64,000 nucleotides of DNA from Accumulibacter sp. (GCA_031257115.1 JAIRPF010000044.1:9761-73760), one strand, 5' to 3'. Positions 1-11,541 are shown, numbered from the stretch's first letter. Translations and numbers: made by a program. Notes: generated from the sequence alone by a model not told the origin.

Positions 1-131
1 GGATACGGAAACATCGACAGGCAATAATACTTGGGCCTGCCCGCATCCTCGACGGCGCGCGCCGCGCCGGTCTTTTTCCAATGCGCCTGGACGGCAAGCT
101 CGATTTCCTGGGGTTGGTATTTTTCCTGCAT
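1..131 (-). CDS. leuS: leucyl-tRNA synthetase, N-terminal fragment (runs off the left edge)
   Basis: Own translation from ATG at 131: MQEKYQPQEIELAVQAHWKKTGAARAVEDAGRPKYYCLSMFPYP. KYYCLSMFPYP precedes the HIGH motif in LeuRS. Not in the ORF track. Confidence 0.92.
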   Translation of the reverse strand, partial: MQEKYQPQEIELAVQAHWKKTGAARAVEDAGRPKYYCLSMFPY

Positions 132-301
132 GGTCTGGAAAGAATGGGTCAAATGCGAAATTATAGGGAGTATTTCAATGGAGGACGGCGCGCCGATGAA
201 AAGAATTGATTTTGCGCGAATTTTTTCCGCTGTTTTCGATTCCCCGGATGCCGCAACTGTGATATACATGTCGTATTTTCTTAACAACCGGTGACAAAAT
301 C

Positions 302-988
302 ATGAGTCCGCTGGAAAAAACCGTCGTTTTCGGAACCGAGGATGTGCTCGTCAACCTGTGCGATTCGGTCACCAAGGTGTTGACCCTGGCGACCAACAGT
401 CAAATCCATTATTCGGCGATGGTCCAGCGCATCAGCAAGACCTGCCTCAAGCCGGACATCGGCTGCTTCGTCCTTTTCGACGGCGGATTTTCCGGGCTTG
501 TCATCATCAACTTCTCCGCCCAGGCGGCGATGGAGCTTTACGAACGCTACATGCTGAACATGGGGCTTCCAAAGGACGGGCTGGCCAGCGCCTTCACGTC
601 GGACGAAGTCGCCAACGTCATGGGCGAGCTGATGAACCAGATCGTCGGCGACTTCACCGGCAAGATCGGCCGCGAGCTGCAAACGCACATCACGCAGAAC
701 CAGCCGAAGATGCTGGCCATCAACAAGCAGGTCATCCTCAGCGTCGACGCCAACCTCGACCAGCCGGAAGCGCGGCGGGTCACGTTCTACACCGGGAGCA
801 ACAATATCTTTTACCTCGAAATGGCGATCGACCGCACCGAATTCATCAAGCTCCACGACTTCGACCCGAACGAGGCGCTCGATCCGGACGAACTGATCGC
901 GCGGGCCGGCGAGACGAAACCCGAAGCCCCGCCGCCGTCCGGCGGCCACGACGACAGCGACGAGCTGCTCAAATCGCTCGGCATGTGA
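302..988 (+). CDS. DUF3334 family protein (CheX/CheC-like fold)
   Basis: 228 aa; IGCFVLFDGGFSGLVIINF and DEVANVMGELMNQIVG resemble the CheC/CheX ExxN phosphatase motif. Confidence 0.7.
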   Translation: MSPLEKTVVFGTEDVLVNLCDSVTKVLTLATNSQIHYSAMVQRISKTCLKPDIGCFVLFDGGFSGLVIINFSAQAAMELYERYMLNMGLPKDGLASAFTSDEVANVMGELMNQIVGDFTGKIGRELQTHITQNQPKMLAINKQVILSVDANLDQPEARRVTFYTGSNNIFYLEMAIDRTEFIKLHDFDPNEALDPDELIARAGETKPEAPPPSGGHDDSDELLKSLGM

Positions 989-1095
989 ACCGCGCGTCCA
1001 CCGGCTTTCGTCCTCGCAGGTTCCCTACCTCGTCATTTCCTTGATAAGCGGGAATTCAACGCTTAGTTTCCGGCGCTGTGCGCCGCAAACTAAGC

Positions 1096-1352
1096 TTCCC
1101 TCTTGAGGGAGATGTCACGCCGAAGGCGTGACGGAGGGAGTTTGGCAGCAGAATTCCCAGACGCGTGCAAACAGGAAAACAGTCATTCCCTTGATCGCCA
1201 GAACCCAGTTCGTTCGTCAAAAATGGAGCGCGGGCGGGACACCAACGCTCCATGTCCAGCCCGGCCTGCCGCATTCAACCGTCAAGCTCTTTCCTCAATC
1301 GCTCGACTCCCTCCGACCCACGGCTTCGCCGTGGGTCACCGATCTCAAGAGG
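1096..1352. repeat. composite palindromic intergenic element with inverted ~45 bp arms
   Basis: ttccctcttgagggagatgtcacgccgaaggcgtgacggagggagt (1096-1141) has a diverged inverted copy at 1306-1352. Related copies lie at about 8000-8075 and 14925-15075. Confidence 0.75.
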
Positions 1353-1480
1353 ATGCTTATCCAAACTCGCACAGGGAAGCCGATATCCGGCGCCGTGGGC
1401 CAGCGCCCTCAAGAGGAAGGTTTATCCAGGGCGCTTCGCGCGGGTTGAGACCGTCGCGCGAGCCTCGTTCTTCAGAAAAC

Positions 1481-1510
1481 CCGTCATTCCCGCGTTCGCG
1501 GGAATGACGG
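1481..1510. repeat. REP-like palindrome CCGTCATTCCCGCG-TT-CGCGGGAATGACGG
   Basis: Perfect 14 bp inverted arms between convergent genes; a degenerate copy lies near 1031-1057. Confidence 0.8.
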
Positions 1511-1524
1511 GGTCTTTCTTTCGC

Positions 1525-1600
1525 TTTTCGTCGTGGTTAAAAAGATTTTTGCTTTTGACTTTCGTTGCGTCCGTTGTGCTCTCCGTGGCTAATAAGATTT
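1525..1600 (-). repeat. 9-mer-based intergenic repeat element (CCACGGAGAGCAC family)
   Basis: Its reverse complement aligns by eye with 34848-34940 (ccacggagagcac...gaaag.caaaagc...tttt..accacga). Confidence 0.7.
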
Positions 1601-1629
1601 CCGCCCCCGCCGCGCCTGGCTTTGTCCGC

Positions 1630-2904
1630 TCAGAAAAGAATATCCGGGAGAAACGTCGACATGATTGGCACGAAGGCTAGGAAGAGCATTCCGCCGATCA
1701 GCACGGCCAGGAAGGGGATGACCTGTTTGCTGAGCTTTTCGATGGATACTCCCGAAACGCCGCAGGTGGCGAAAAGGGAAATTCCCACCGGCGGGGTCGC
1801 CATGCCGATGGCCAGCGAGATCACCGTCACCACGCCGAATTGCACGAGGTCGATGCCTACCTGTTGGGCGATGGGCGCGAAGATGGGCACGACCAGCAGG
1901 ATGATGGCGCCGGTCTCCATGAAGCATCCCAGGATGAGATAGCAGATCAGCATCAGGACGTAGAGAATGGCCCAGTTGGTGGTCAGCGAGAGCATTGCCT
2001 GGGACGTGTGCTGGGGCACCTGCAAAATGGTCAGCAGCCAGCCGAAGGGGGCCGCCGCGGCGATCAATACCATGATCATCGAGGAACTCAGGGATGCCTT
2101 GTAGAAGATCGGGACGAGGTCCTTGAAGGTCAGTTCCTTGTAGATGAAGCAGCTCACCAGCAGGCCGTAGACCACGGCGATGGCCGCGGATTCGGTGGGC
2201 GTGAATACCCCGGTCATGATGCCGCCGAGAATGATGACGGGCATCATCAGGCCCCAGAAGGATTCGGCGAAGCTTTTCCAGCGCTCGCCCCAGCTTTGCC
2301 TTCTCTCGGTGGGAATCGCCTTGCGCTTGGTGAGGAAGTAATTGGCGGTGATGAGCAACAGGGAAAGGAACAGGCCGGGAATGATGCCGCCGATCAGGAG
2401 CTTGCCGATCGAGACGTTGGCGACGACGCCGAAAACGACCATGGTGATGCTCGGCGGGATGATCACGCCCAGGCACGCGGCGGAAGCCACCACGGCCGAG
2501 GCGTAGTCCTGGGCGTAGCCGCGCTCCTCCATTTCGGGGATGGTCAGCTTGCCCACGGCGGCGGCCGTCGCCGGCGTCGAGCCGGAAATGGCGGCGAAAA
2601 AGGTGCAGGCCAGGATCGATACCGAGGCAAGGCCTCCGGTGACGTGCCCGACCAGCGAGGACGCCAGGTTGACGATGCGGCGGGAAACGCCGCCCCGCTC
2701 CATGATCGTGCCCGCCAGCATGAAGAAAGGAATCGCCATCAGCGGGAAGGAATCCGCGCCGGCGATCATGCGCTGGGGCACCACGATCGGCGGCATCGCG
2801 CCGGAGGCCAGCACGCAGGCGACGGAGGCCACCGCCAGCGCGAAACCGATCGGCACGTTGATGACGAAGCAGAAGAGAAGGGCGGCTACAAGCGCGGTCA
2901 GCAT
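1630..2904 (-). CDS. dctM: TRAP transporter large permease (DctM family)
   Basis: Hydrophobic protein starting MLTALVAALL at 2904 behind an AGGAGG RBS. Motifs AIPFFMLAG, GLASVSILACTFFAAISGS, IIPPSI, GVFTPTESA. Confidence 0.93.
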   Translation of the reverse strand: MLTALVAALLFCFVINVPIGFALAVASVACVLASGAMPPIVVPQRMIAGADSFPLMAIPFFMLAGTIMERGGVSRRIVNLASSLVGHVTGGLASVSILACTFFAAISGSTPATAAAVGKLTIPEMEERGYAQDYASAVVASAACLGVIIPPSITMVVFGVVANVSIGKLLIGGIIPGLFLSLLLITANYFLTKRKAIPTERRQSWGERWKSFAESFWGLMMPVIILGGIMTGVFTPTESAAIAVVYGLLVSCFIYKELTFKDLVPIFYKASLSSSMIMVLIAAAAPFGWLLTILQVPQHTSQAMLSLTTNWAILYVLMLICYLILGCFMETGAIILLVVPIFAPIAQQVGIDLVQFGVVTVISLAIGMATPPVGISLFATCGVSGVSIEKLSKQVIPFLAVLIGGMLFLAFVPIMSTFLPDILF

Positions 2905-3419
2905 GATTGTTGTACCTCCTTCGCCGCGTCTCCGCCATCGCGTTTGCCGTCCCGGCGGCGGAACAGTTCGACGATGTCGAGGGCGCTGAACAGAACCATC
3001 AGCATACCCATGCACGGCGCCGCGGCATAGACGATGCCAATGGAGATTCCCGCCGCCGGCGACATTTGCGTATGGGTGATCCCGACGACCTTCCAGCCAT
3101 ACCAGGTCAGGAAAGCGCCCAGGCAAAGAATGATGAGCGCGACCATGTATTGCGTGACGCGCCTTGCCGCCGGAGGAAGAAGATTGACCGCGGCGTCGAT
3201 ACCGATGTGAATGTGCTCGCGGACGCCCATGCCGGCGGCGAAGAAGCTCGACCAGATGAACAGGTAGCGCGATATTTCCTCCGTCCATTCGGGTGCGTCG
3301 TTGAATACGTAGCGCATGATGATCTGATAAAAGATGAAGACGGTCATCAGCATGAGCTGCGCCGCGACAAAAAACTTCATCGCACTATAGAGATGAGAAG
3401 AAATCTTTTTGCCCGACAT
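2898..3419 (-). CDS. dctQ: TRAP transporter small permease (DctQ family)
   Basis: 173 aa with 4 TM segments; RYVFNDAPEWTEEISRYLFIW and EHIHIGID. Confidence 0.92.
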   Translation of the reverse strand: MSGKKISSHLYSAMKFFVAAQLMLMTVFIFYQIIMRYVFNDAPEWTEEISRYLFIWSSFFAAGMGVREHIHIGIDAAVNLLPPAARRVTQYMVALIILCLGAFLTWYGWKVVGITHTQMSPAAGISIGIVYAAAPCMGMLMVLFSALDIVELFRRRDGKRDGGDAAKEVQQSC

Positions 3420-3524
3420 GCGAATTCCCCCACGGTCGTTTTTTTATGGGAAACCATCCACGGAAGACGGGCCGCCCGAAACGGGATTTCCGGGCAGGCC
3501 CGCCGATGCCGCGGCGATGCGGAA

Positions 3525-4532
3525 TCACTTCGTATCGATGATCTGCTGGATGACCTTCTTGCCCTCGGCTTCCGTGCCGAAAATCTTGGCATAAAACATC
3601 GGGTAGACCTTTTCCTGGGATACCTTGATGAACGGCGGTTTGTCGAAATCCTCGACGATCTGCATTCCCTTTCCGGCCAGCACCTTCTTCATTTCGTCTT
3701 CATATTTCACCAGCGCCGCGCGCTGAATGTCGCAGGCTTCCTTCGCCGCGTCGGCGACGATCTTCCGATGCTCCGGCTTCAAGCTCTGATAGAAGGTCTC
3801 GCTGATGAGGTATTGGCGCGGATAATAGAAGTGCTGGCTCATGGAGAGATACTTCTGCACTTCATAGAAGCGTTGGCTGAAAATGAGGTTCATCGGGTTT
3901 TCCTGGCCGTCGACCGTGCCCTGTTGCAGCGCGGTGTAAAGCTCGCCGAAAGCCATCGGCAACGCGGCGGCGCCGAACGCTTTCATGGTGGCGAGCATTA
4001 CCTCGCTTTCCATGACGCGAATCTTGAGTCCTTCCAGATCCTTCAGCGTCCTGATCGGGCGCTTGCTGTTGGTGAAATAACGGAATCCCCCGTCGTTATA
4101 GGCCAGATGGCGGATGTTCCTGGCCAGGAATTTTTCCTGGAACGCCTTGCCGATCGGGCCGTCCAGCACTTTGTGCGCGTGCTCGATGTCGCGGAAGATG
4201 AAGGGCAGATCCCAGACCATCGCTTCCCTGACGAAACGCCCCATCGGGCCATTTTCCACGTCCCCCATCTCGATGGTGCCCATCTGCACGCCCTCGGTGA
4301 TGGTGCGGGCGTCGCCGAGCTGGGCCGCCGGGTAAATCTGGACCTGGATTTCGCCCTTGCTTCTCTCCTCGACCATCTTCTTGAAGGCTGTCACGGCCAC
4401 GTTTTGCGGGTCTTCGGGAATCGTGTTGCCATTGTGGGCGAACTTGATGGTCACGGCGGCCGTGGCGAATCCTGCCGTGAGAGCGGTCAATGCGACGGCG
4501 CATGACAGAAGCTTGAACATCTTTTTCATCAT
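3525..4532 (-). CDS. dctP: TRAP substrate-binding protein (DctP family)
   Basis: Signal peptide; QIYPAAQLG, GFRY, DLEGLKIRV, PMAFGELYTALQQGTVDGQENP. Confidence 0.93.
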   Translation of the reverse strand: MMKKMFKLLSCAVALTALTAGFATAAVTIKFAHNGNTIPEDPQNVAVTAFKKMVEERSKGEIQVQIYPAAQLGDARTITEGVQMGTIEMGDVENGPMGRFVREAMVWDLPFIFRDIEHAHKVLDGPIGKAFQEKFLARNIRHLAYNDGGFRYFTNSKRPIRTLKDLEGLKIRVMESEVMLATMKAFGAAALPMAFGELYTALQQGTVDGQENPMNLIFSQRFYEVQKYLSMSQHFYYPRQYLISETFYQSLKPEHRKIVADAAKEACDIQRAALVKYEDEMKKVLAGKGMQIVEDFDKPPFIKVSQEKVYPMFYAKIFGTEAEGKKVIQQIIDTK

Positions 4533-4678
4533 GAAAACCTTTCTCTGAAATGGGTTGGCGTATCAGCGTTTCTCCGGATTCCTACCATCATCGCCGGCAT
4601 GAAACGCCGGCCGTGCATCAAAGCGGGAAAGCACCGATTTCCGATTCAACCGGCGCTTCCCCGATTGTGTTTTTGCTT

Positions 4679-5917
4679 TTATCCAAGAACCTTGCGGGCG
4701 ATTTCCTCGAACTCGCCCACGGTGAGCAGGCTCATTTTCTCGAAAGCCTTTTCCTTCATCTTTCTGACGATTTCGAGCTTCTGCTCCTCGTCCTTCGCCT
4801 TCAGGCCCAGTTTGTCGAGGAAAATGTCCACCGTCGGGATGCCGCTCATCTTGCCGATGACCACTTCCGTGTCCGGGTGCCCGGTCAGGGAATAAAGATA
4901 GGGCGAGAGTTCCAGCGGCGCGATGCCTTCGACATTCTTGTACCACGCGGCGACGATTCCCGATTCGATCTTGTTGATGTCCTCGCCGATGATGCCGCGG
5001 CTTTGACGGCAGCGCAGGCCGGACATCTTGCGGAAATACTCGGCCAATGGATAGATTTTCTCATATTTCAGCCCGGTGTCGATGCCGTACAGGGTGAGCA
5101 GCGCCATCGCCACGTCCTCGTAGGCCGCGTTGCCGGCGCGTTCGCCGCAGGCCGAGACCGAGGTATGGGCGATGTCCACGCCGGCGGCCAGCGCGGCCAC
5201 CGTGATGGCGCTGCCCATGCCGTAATCGTCATGGACGTGAATGCCGAGCGGCACGTTCGGAACGGCTTCCCGCACGCTCTTCACCAGGAAGGGTATGGCA
5301 TGGGGATTGAGGCCGCCGAAGGTGTCGACGATGGTCAGTTCGTCCATGTGGCCCTCCCTGGCCACGGTCTTCACGATGTGCAGGTATTCATCGATGTCCG
5401 CGCGCGAGCCGTCGATGGTGAAGAAGGAGACGGTCAGCCCGTTGTCATGGGCGAACCGGGTCGCTTCGATCGAAGTCTCGATCGCCTTTTCCGTCGTCCA
5501 TTTGTAGGCGTATTGCAGCAGATGGCCGCTGGTCGGCACTTCGAGCACGACGTTCTTCACGCCGCAATCGACGGAACGCTTGACGTCGTCCTTCATGCAA
5601 CGGGCAAACGACCAGATTTCCGGCCCGAGATCGCGCTTGACGATTTCCCGGATGGCCGCCTCGTCCTGCGGAGACACGGCGGGCATACCGGCCTCGATAC
5701 GGTGGATGCCGAGTTCGGCCAGCTTTTCGGCCAGGGCGACTTTCTGGTCCTTGTCGAAAATCAGGCCGGCCTGTTGTTCGCCGTCGCGCAGCGTGACGTC
5801 ATGGAATTTGATGTTTCTTGAAAACGTCATGTTCTTGCGGGTTTCCGGCTCGAAATTCCACGGGCTGGTATACCATTTGTCGGTTTTCCACGGGGTTTTT
5901 GAATCAATGGCTTGCAT
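4679..5917 (-). CDS. LeuA/homocitrate-synthase-like DRE-TIM metalloenzyme
   Basis: DVTLRDGEQ, IHVHDDYG, ACGERAGNA. No LeuA regulatory domain. Start MQAIDSK at 5917. Confidence 0.8.
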   Translation of the reverse strand: MQAIDSKTPWKTDKWYTSPWNFEPETRKNMTFSRNIKFHDVTLRDGEQQAGLIFDKDQKVALAEKLAELGIHRIEAGMPAVSPQDEAAIREIVKRDLGPEIWSFARCMKDDVKRSVDCGVKNVVLEVPTSGHLLQYAYKWTTEKAIETSIEATRFAHDNGLTVSFFTIDGSRADIDEYLHIVKTVAREGHMDELTIVDTFGGLNPHAIPFLVKSVREAVPNVPLGIHVHDDYGMGSAITVAALAAGVDIAHTSVSACGERAGNAAYEDVAMALLTLYGIDTGLKYEKIYPLAEYFRKMSGLRCRQSRGIIGEDINKIESGIVAAWYKNVEGIAPLELSPYLYSLTGHPDTEVVIGKMSGIPTVDIFLDKLGLKAKDEEQKLEIVRKMKEKAFEKMSLLTVGEFEEIARKVLG

Positions 5918-5949
5918 GGTTTCTCCTTTTGGGGTTTGGGTCGTTTCTC

Positions 5950-6915
5950 TCATCCCCTGGGCGCGTTGACCCAGAATTTCGGCTTGCCCTCGGTGAGCGT
6001 CCGGATGGCTTCCTGCATGGCTTTCGCGCGCAGTTCAGGCTCCGACGATTCCGAGTAGTAGGCGGCGTGCGGCGTAATCAGGACATTGTCGAGTTCGTTC
6101 AGCGGCAAGGGGAATACCGGTGGCTCCCGTTCTGTCACGTCGAGCGCGGCGCCGGCGATGACGCCTTCCTTCAGCGCCCGATGGAGGCCGTCATGGTCGA
6201 TCAGCGGGCCGCGCGCCGTATTGACGATGATCGCGGTCCTTTTCATTTTCCGCAGAGCGTTCTCGTCGATGACGTGATGGGTTTCCGGCGTCAGGGGCGC
6301 GTGCAGGGAAATGAAGTCGCTCGCGGCGTAAAGCTCGTCCGGGCTGTTCATTTTCCGGATACCCGCCCTGGCGAAAACGGCGTCCGGCAGATAAGGATCG
6401 AAACCACAGACGGCGATGTCGAAAGCCTGGGCGCGCCTGGCGACGCCCTGCGCGATATTGCCGCATCCATAGAGGCCGAGCGTGGTTTCCGACAGGCGCG
6501 GAATGGGTTTCGCGTCGATGAAGGACCATTTCTCCTTCTTGACCTGGCTGGAAAGGAAAGTCACCTTGCGCACGAGCGAAAGCAGCAGGGCCATGGCGTG
6601 GTCGGCGACTTCTCCGGCGCAGTAATCGGGCACGTTCGCCACCATGATGCCCCTGCGGCTGGCGGCTTCCACGTCGATGTTGTTATAGCCGATGCCCGTG
6701 CGGACGATGACCTTGCATCTCTCCAGGGACGAAATGATCCTCTCGGTGATCTGCGCATAGACCACCACCAAGCCATCGGCATCGCCCGCCCCCCTGATGA
6801 TGGCCTCTTCATTCCCGGTGTTCAGGCAGGCGAACTCGAACCCCTTTTCTTTCGCGATTTTTGCTTCCAGGTCGAAACCGGGGAAACCGCCGATATCGGT
6901 CATGACTATTTTCAT
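5950..6915 (-). CDS. D-isomer-specific 2-hydroxyacid dehydrogenase (CtBP-like)
   Basis: GIGYNNID, GLYGCGNIA Rossmann motif, NTARG, DVTERE, TPHAAY. Confidence 0.88.
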   Translation of the reverse strand: MKIVMTDIGGFPGFDLEAKIAKEKGFEFACLNTGNEEAIIRGAGDADGLVVVYAQITERIISSLERCKVIVRTGIGYNNIDVEAASRRGIMVANVPDYCAGEVADHAMALLLSLVRKVTFLSSQVKKEKWSFIDAKPIPRLSETTLGLYGCGNIAQGVARRAQAFDIAVCGFDPYLPDAVFARAGIRKMNSPDELYAASDFISLHAPLTPETHHVIDENALRKMKRTAIIVNTARGPLIDHDGLHRALKEGVIAGAALDVTEREPPVFPLPLNELDNVLITPHAAYYSESSEPELRAKAMQEAIRTLTEGKPKFWVNAPRG

Positions 6916-6999
6916 GAATGCCCTCTGTAGAATCGTTACGGCGCAACGGGCGCCGGGTTGTCGTGCAAGGATCGTCGTTCAAAAATCGTCGCGCAAAAC

Positions 7000-7036
7000 G
7001 GTCTGACCACTTTGGCAATCCAATCTGGTCTGACCA
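7000..7036. promoter_or_regulatory. two FadR/GntR-type operators (T)GGTCTGACCA
   Basis: GGTCTGACCA at 7000-7009 and TGGTCTGACCA at 7026-7036, between the catabolic operon and the divergent FadR-family gene. Matches the TGGTnnnACCA FadR-subfamily consensus. Confidence 0.75.
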
Positions 7037-7227
7037 GTTTGGCTCAGTGTAGTAAAAAGCCGATCGAGTTGTCAACAGGTTTTCCCCACTGGCACAATCA
7101 CGAGCAATCACGAAGGCCGGCATGAATGTGGTCTGGCCGGTGGGAAGGCCGTTTCCGGGATCGGCGTCGCCATTTCGCCCGGCTTGCCGAAAAAATTCAC
7201 CCGCTAGGCCGGTGGGAGGATAATTAC

Positions 7228-7944
7228 ATGTTTTGTCGTATCGAGCGCGATGACATGACGGTACCTGATTCGGTTTTCGAAAACCTGTGCGAACTGATTT
7301 CCTCGGGCACGCTGGAGGCCGGGCAGCGCCTGCCTTCCGAGCGCCAACTGGCCTCGCTGCTCGGAGTCAGCCGCCCTTCCATCCGGGAGGCGCTGAGAAC
7401 GCTCGATACCCTGGGCCTGACCCAGACCCGGCTGGGAAGCGGAAGTTATCTCCGGGAAAACGTCGCCTCGCTCAGCCATTACTTCGTCAGGAGACAGACC
7501 GCGAAAGCCTACGAACTGGGCGAATTGCTGGAGGCGCGCATATCCCTGGAATGCGAGGTCGTGGCCTTTGCCGCCGCGCGGGTGGACGCGGAGGGTAAGG
7601 AGGCCCTGAAGACCCTGCTGGAGCATCAGGAAGAAATGGAAGACGCCAGCGGTTTCCTGAAAGCGGATTTCGCCTTCCACGAACTGATCGCCCGCATCTC
7701 CAGCAACTTTTTCCTGCTGGAAATGTTGAAGACCGTTCGGGAACTCATGCTGGAAGTCAACATGGACGTCATCAAGCGGCCAGGCCAGCGGCTCGTTGCG
7801 CTGCGGCACCATCACAGGATTTACGAGGCCATCTGCGAGCAGGATCCCGGCAAGGCGCGCCGCGCCATGTTGAAGCACCTGGAGAGCATTTTCGGTGGGA
7901 AAAAACCCAGGCGGCCGGCGGCGTCCAGTAAAAAAACCGGATAA
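7228..7944 (+). CDS. FadR/GntR family transcriptional regulator
   Basis: LPSERQLASLLGVSRPSIREAL HTH plus FCD domain (DFAFHELIA). GGAGG RBS before ATG 7228. Confidence 0.92.
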   Translation: MFCRIERDDMTVPDSVFENLCELISSGTLEAGQRLPSERQLASLLGVSRPSIREALRTLDTLGLTQTRLGSGSYLRENVASLSHYFVRRQTAKAYELGELLEARISLECEVVAFAAARVDAEGKEALKTLLEHQEEMEDASGFLKADFAFHELIARISSNFFLLEMLKTVRELMLEVNMDVIKRPGQRLVALRHHHRIYEAICEQDPGKARRAMLKHLESIFGGKKPRRPAASSKKTG

Positions 7945-7999
7945 TCCCCCAGCTTTGCCGGAGGATGGTTACTCGAAAACGCGCAAAATTCAACCGCCC

Positions 8000-8075
8000 G
8001 ACTCCTCCCGACCCGCCTTCGGCAAACCACTTCCCTTCTGAGGGGGGTGGCCCGCCGAAGGCGGGCCGGAGGCAA
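8000..8075. repeat. copy of the palindromic CCCT(C)TGAGGG...CCGAAGG...GGAGG element
   Basis: cttcccttctgaggggggtggcccgccgaaggcgggccggagg resembles 1095-1140; lies between convergent genes. Confidence 0.65.
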
Positions 8076-8217
8076 CGAACTGAATCCCCGCTTGTCAAGA
8101 AAATGACGACGACGATGGAACCAGTAAAGGCATCCACGCTATCCGAAAAGCAAGATGATCCCGATCGCCAAACCAGTCAAAATCAGGAAATCTTGGACAT
8201 TTGCCGTCATGGAATAT

Positions 8218-9252
<1,035 letters not shown>

Positions 9253-9256
9253 GCCG

Positions 9257-9667
9257 TCATCCTGAAAGGCCCGGATCGAGGCGTTCTATTTCCGCCTGCT
9301 GTCCATTGCGTTCGACGGCTTTTCCGGGCGCGCCGGATTGCCGCAGGAATTCGAGCAGGCCGGAATCGAGCGGGTCCAGGGCAAGGCGGCTCATCTTTTG
9401 CGCCTCGACCCACATTTCGCCCAGATCGCCGATCACGCTTTGTTTTCCTTTCCTGTCGCTCAGGAGATATTTGCTGCCGTTCCAGTCCTTGAGGCTCAGG
9501 CCGTAATAGGCGAGGATCATATTGACGAAACGGACGCGCTCGAGGCGGTTGCGCATACGCTCCCGTTGCAATTGGCCGACGACCACTTGGTTGGAATACT
9601 CCCGATCGTGGGCCTTCTGGTCGGTCCAATGGATATGCGTGACCAGTTCGCCGCACAAAACGCACAT
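9257..9667 (-). CDS. small conserved hypothetical protein with N-terminal CxxC
   Basis: 136 aa MCVLCGELVTHIHW..., tightly packed between the deacetylase and the GTPase. Confidence 0.7.
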   Translation of the reverse strand: MCVLCGELVTHIHWTDQKAHDREYSNQVVVGQLQRERMRNRLERVRFVNMILAYYGLSLKDWNGSKYLLSDRKGKQSVIGDLGEMWVEAQKMSRLALDPLDSGLLEFLRQSGAPGKAVERNGQQAEIERLDPGLSG

Positions 9668-9744
9668 GTTCTTCGTCTCAGCGATTCGCCCTCTCCTTTC
9701 CGGCGGACGCCAGAAAACGCCCGCCGGAGCCGTCGGAGAGAAGG

Positions 9745-10623
9745 CTATTTTTTCGGAAAGCGGCGGATGAAGTCGTCGGCGATCTGGTCGAAAGTCACCC
9801 AGCGCACGCCATCGTGCCTGTTGATGTGCTCGATCAGCCGCTCATGGGCGAGGATACATTGCGGACGGCCGCTGACGTCGGGATGGATGGTCATGGCGAA
9901 TACCGCGTAGTCATATTCCCGATAGCAGAAATCGAAAGTGTCCTGCCACATGCCGAAAATGTCACGCGGATTGGCGAAGCCATAGCTGTTGGGGTTTTTC
10001 TTGACGAACATCATGGGCGGCAGATCGTCGAGATACCAGTTGGCCGGAATTTCCACCAGATCGGTGAGCTTGCCGCGGACCAGCGGTTTCATCCAGTCCC
10101 CGGCTTCCCTGGAATAATCGATCTTCGTCCAGCTGTCCCCGACGCGCACGTAATAGGGATGCAGATCGTCGTGCATGAGGCTGTGATCGTACTTGATGCC
10201 GTGCTTGTTGAGGAGTTCGGCGGTCACGTTCGAGAATTCCCACCAGGGCGCCACGTAGCCGGTGGGAGCCTTTCCCGTCAATTGGGTGATGAGACCGATG
10301 CACTTGACCAGAACGTCTTCTTCCTGTTTGGGCGTCATGGCGATGGGATTTTCATGGGAATATCCGTGCACACCCATTTCGTGCCCGTCGTCGACGATCA
10401 TCTTCATTTCGACCGGGAAGGTCTCGATGGAGTGTCCGGGCGAAAAGAACGTGGCGGTAATGCCGTATCTTCTGAACAGTTTCAGTATTCGCGGAACGCC
10501 GATCTCGCCGGCGAACATGCCCCGCGAGATATCATCCGGCGAGTCCTCGCCACCATAGGAACCCAGCCATCCGCCTACCGCGTCGATGTCCACGCCGTAA
10601 GCAACCAGAATTTCCTTTGCCAT
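9745..10623 (-). CDS. polysaccharide deacetylase family, PuuE/HpPgdA-like
   Basis: GVDIDA, GVPRIL, HGYSHE metal motif, [19 protein letters not shown]. No signal peptide. Confidence 0.88.
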   Translation of the reverse strand: MAKEILVAYGVDIDAVGGWLGSYGGEDSPDDISRGMFAGEIGVPRILKLFRRYGITATFFSPGHSIETFPVEMKMIVDDGHEMGVHGYSHENPIAMTPKQEEDVLVKCIGLITQLTGKAPTGYVAPWWEFSNVTAELLNKHGIKYDHSLMHDDLHPYYVRVGDSWTKIDYSREAGDWMKPLVRGKLTDLVEIPANWYLDDLPPMMFVKKNPNSYGFANPRDIFGMWQDTFDFCYREYDYAVFAMTIHPDVSGRPQCILAHERLIEHINRHDGVRWVTFDQIADDFIRRFPKK

Positions 10624-10669
10624 TGCCAATTTCCTTCCTTCAGTGGTTTGAAAATTTACGCGCATGGAA

Positions 10670-11470
10670 TCATGCGCGGTAATAGCTCGCGGCGATGTCT
10701 CGCCGCAAGTTTTTCAGGTAGGGCAGCGCCGATCTTTGTTTCCGCATTTCCCCGAAATCGACCTCGGCGACGATGACGTCCTCGCCGTCCCCGGCGGAAG
10801 CGAGGACATTGCCCCTTGGGCCGATGATGCGGCTCGCGCCGGCGAATTGCGTCTCCCCCTTTTCGACGCCGCAGCGATTGCAGGCGATGACGTAACTGCC
10901 GTTTTCCAGCGCGCGGGCGCGGGACGCCAGATCCCAGGCATAAAGGCGCGCCATGCCGAAGGCCGACGTATAGGCGACGATGTCCGCCCCCTGGATGGAC
11001 AATATCCTCGCGCCCTCTGGAAAGCCGATGTCATAGCATATCTGCAATCCAAGACGGCAGAAGCCGATGTCATGGACGGGGAGCGTCTCGCCTCTCGCGA
11101 ACCTTTCGACTTCGCGTGCCCACAGATTGTTCTTGCGATACGAGCCGACGAACCCGTCCGGGCCGACCAGGATGGCGGTGTCGTAAAGACGCTCTCCATC
11201 CCGTTCGATGACGGCGCCCGCGATGAACATGTCCAGCGTCCGGCCGATGGCCGACATCCGCTCCGTCACGGCTCCGGGGACGGGGTGCGCAAGCTCCCGA
11301 TCCCGGTCTTCGACGCGGTAGCCCGTATTGAACAGTTCGGGCAAGACGGCCAGAACGGCTCCACGGGCGGCGGCGTTTTGGAGCAGACGCTCCGCGGTCG
11401 CGAAATTCCGTTCCGGTTCGTAGGCTGCGCAATCCATCTGCACCGCCGCGACTCTGAATATCTTGTCCAC
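10670..11470 (-). CDS. carbon-nitrogen hydrolase (nitrilase superfamily)
   Basis: LPELF (E), YRK (K), QICYD (C) catalytic triad. Start moved to GTG 11470 because the sigma54 promoter lies at 11542-11557. Confidence 0.88.
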   Translation of the reverse strand: MDKIFRVAAVQMDCAAYEPERNFATAERLLQNAAARGAVLAVLPELFNTGYRVEDRDRELAHPVPGAVTERMSAIGRTLDMFIAGAVIERDGERLYDTAILVGPDGFVGSYRKNNLWAREVERFARGETLPVHDIGFCRLGLQICYDIGFPEGARILSIQGADIVAYTSAFGMARLYAWDLASRARALENGSYVIACNRCGVEKGETQFAGASRIIGPRGNVLASAGDGEDVIVAEVDFGEMRKQRSALPYLKNLRRDIAASYYRA

Positions 11471-11541
11471 GTAGACACCTTCTCTTCCTGCGGATTTCAC
11501 GGCTTGCGGGAGCAAAAGAGCAATGAGCGATTCAAGCAATT

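Noticed and set aside
9745-10623. Naming the gene pgdA or puuE
   Set aside because: The family is clear but the substrate cannot be assigned from sequence.
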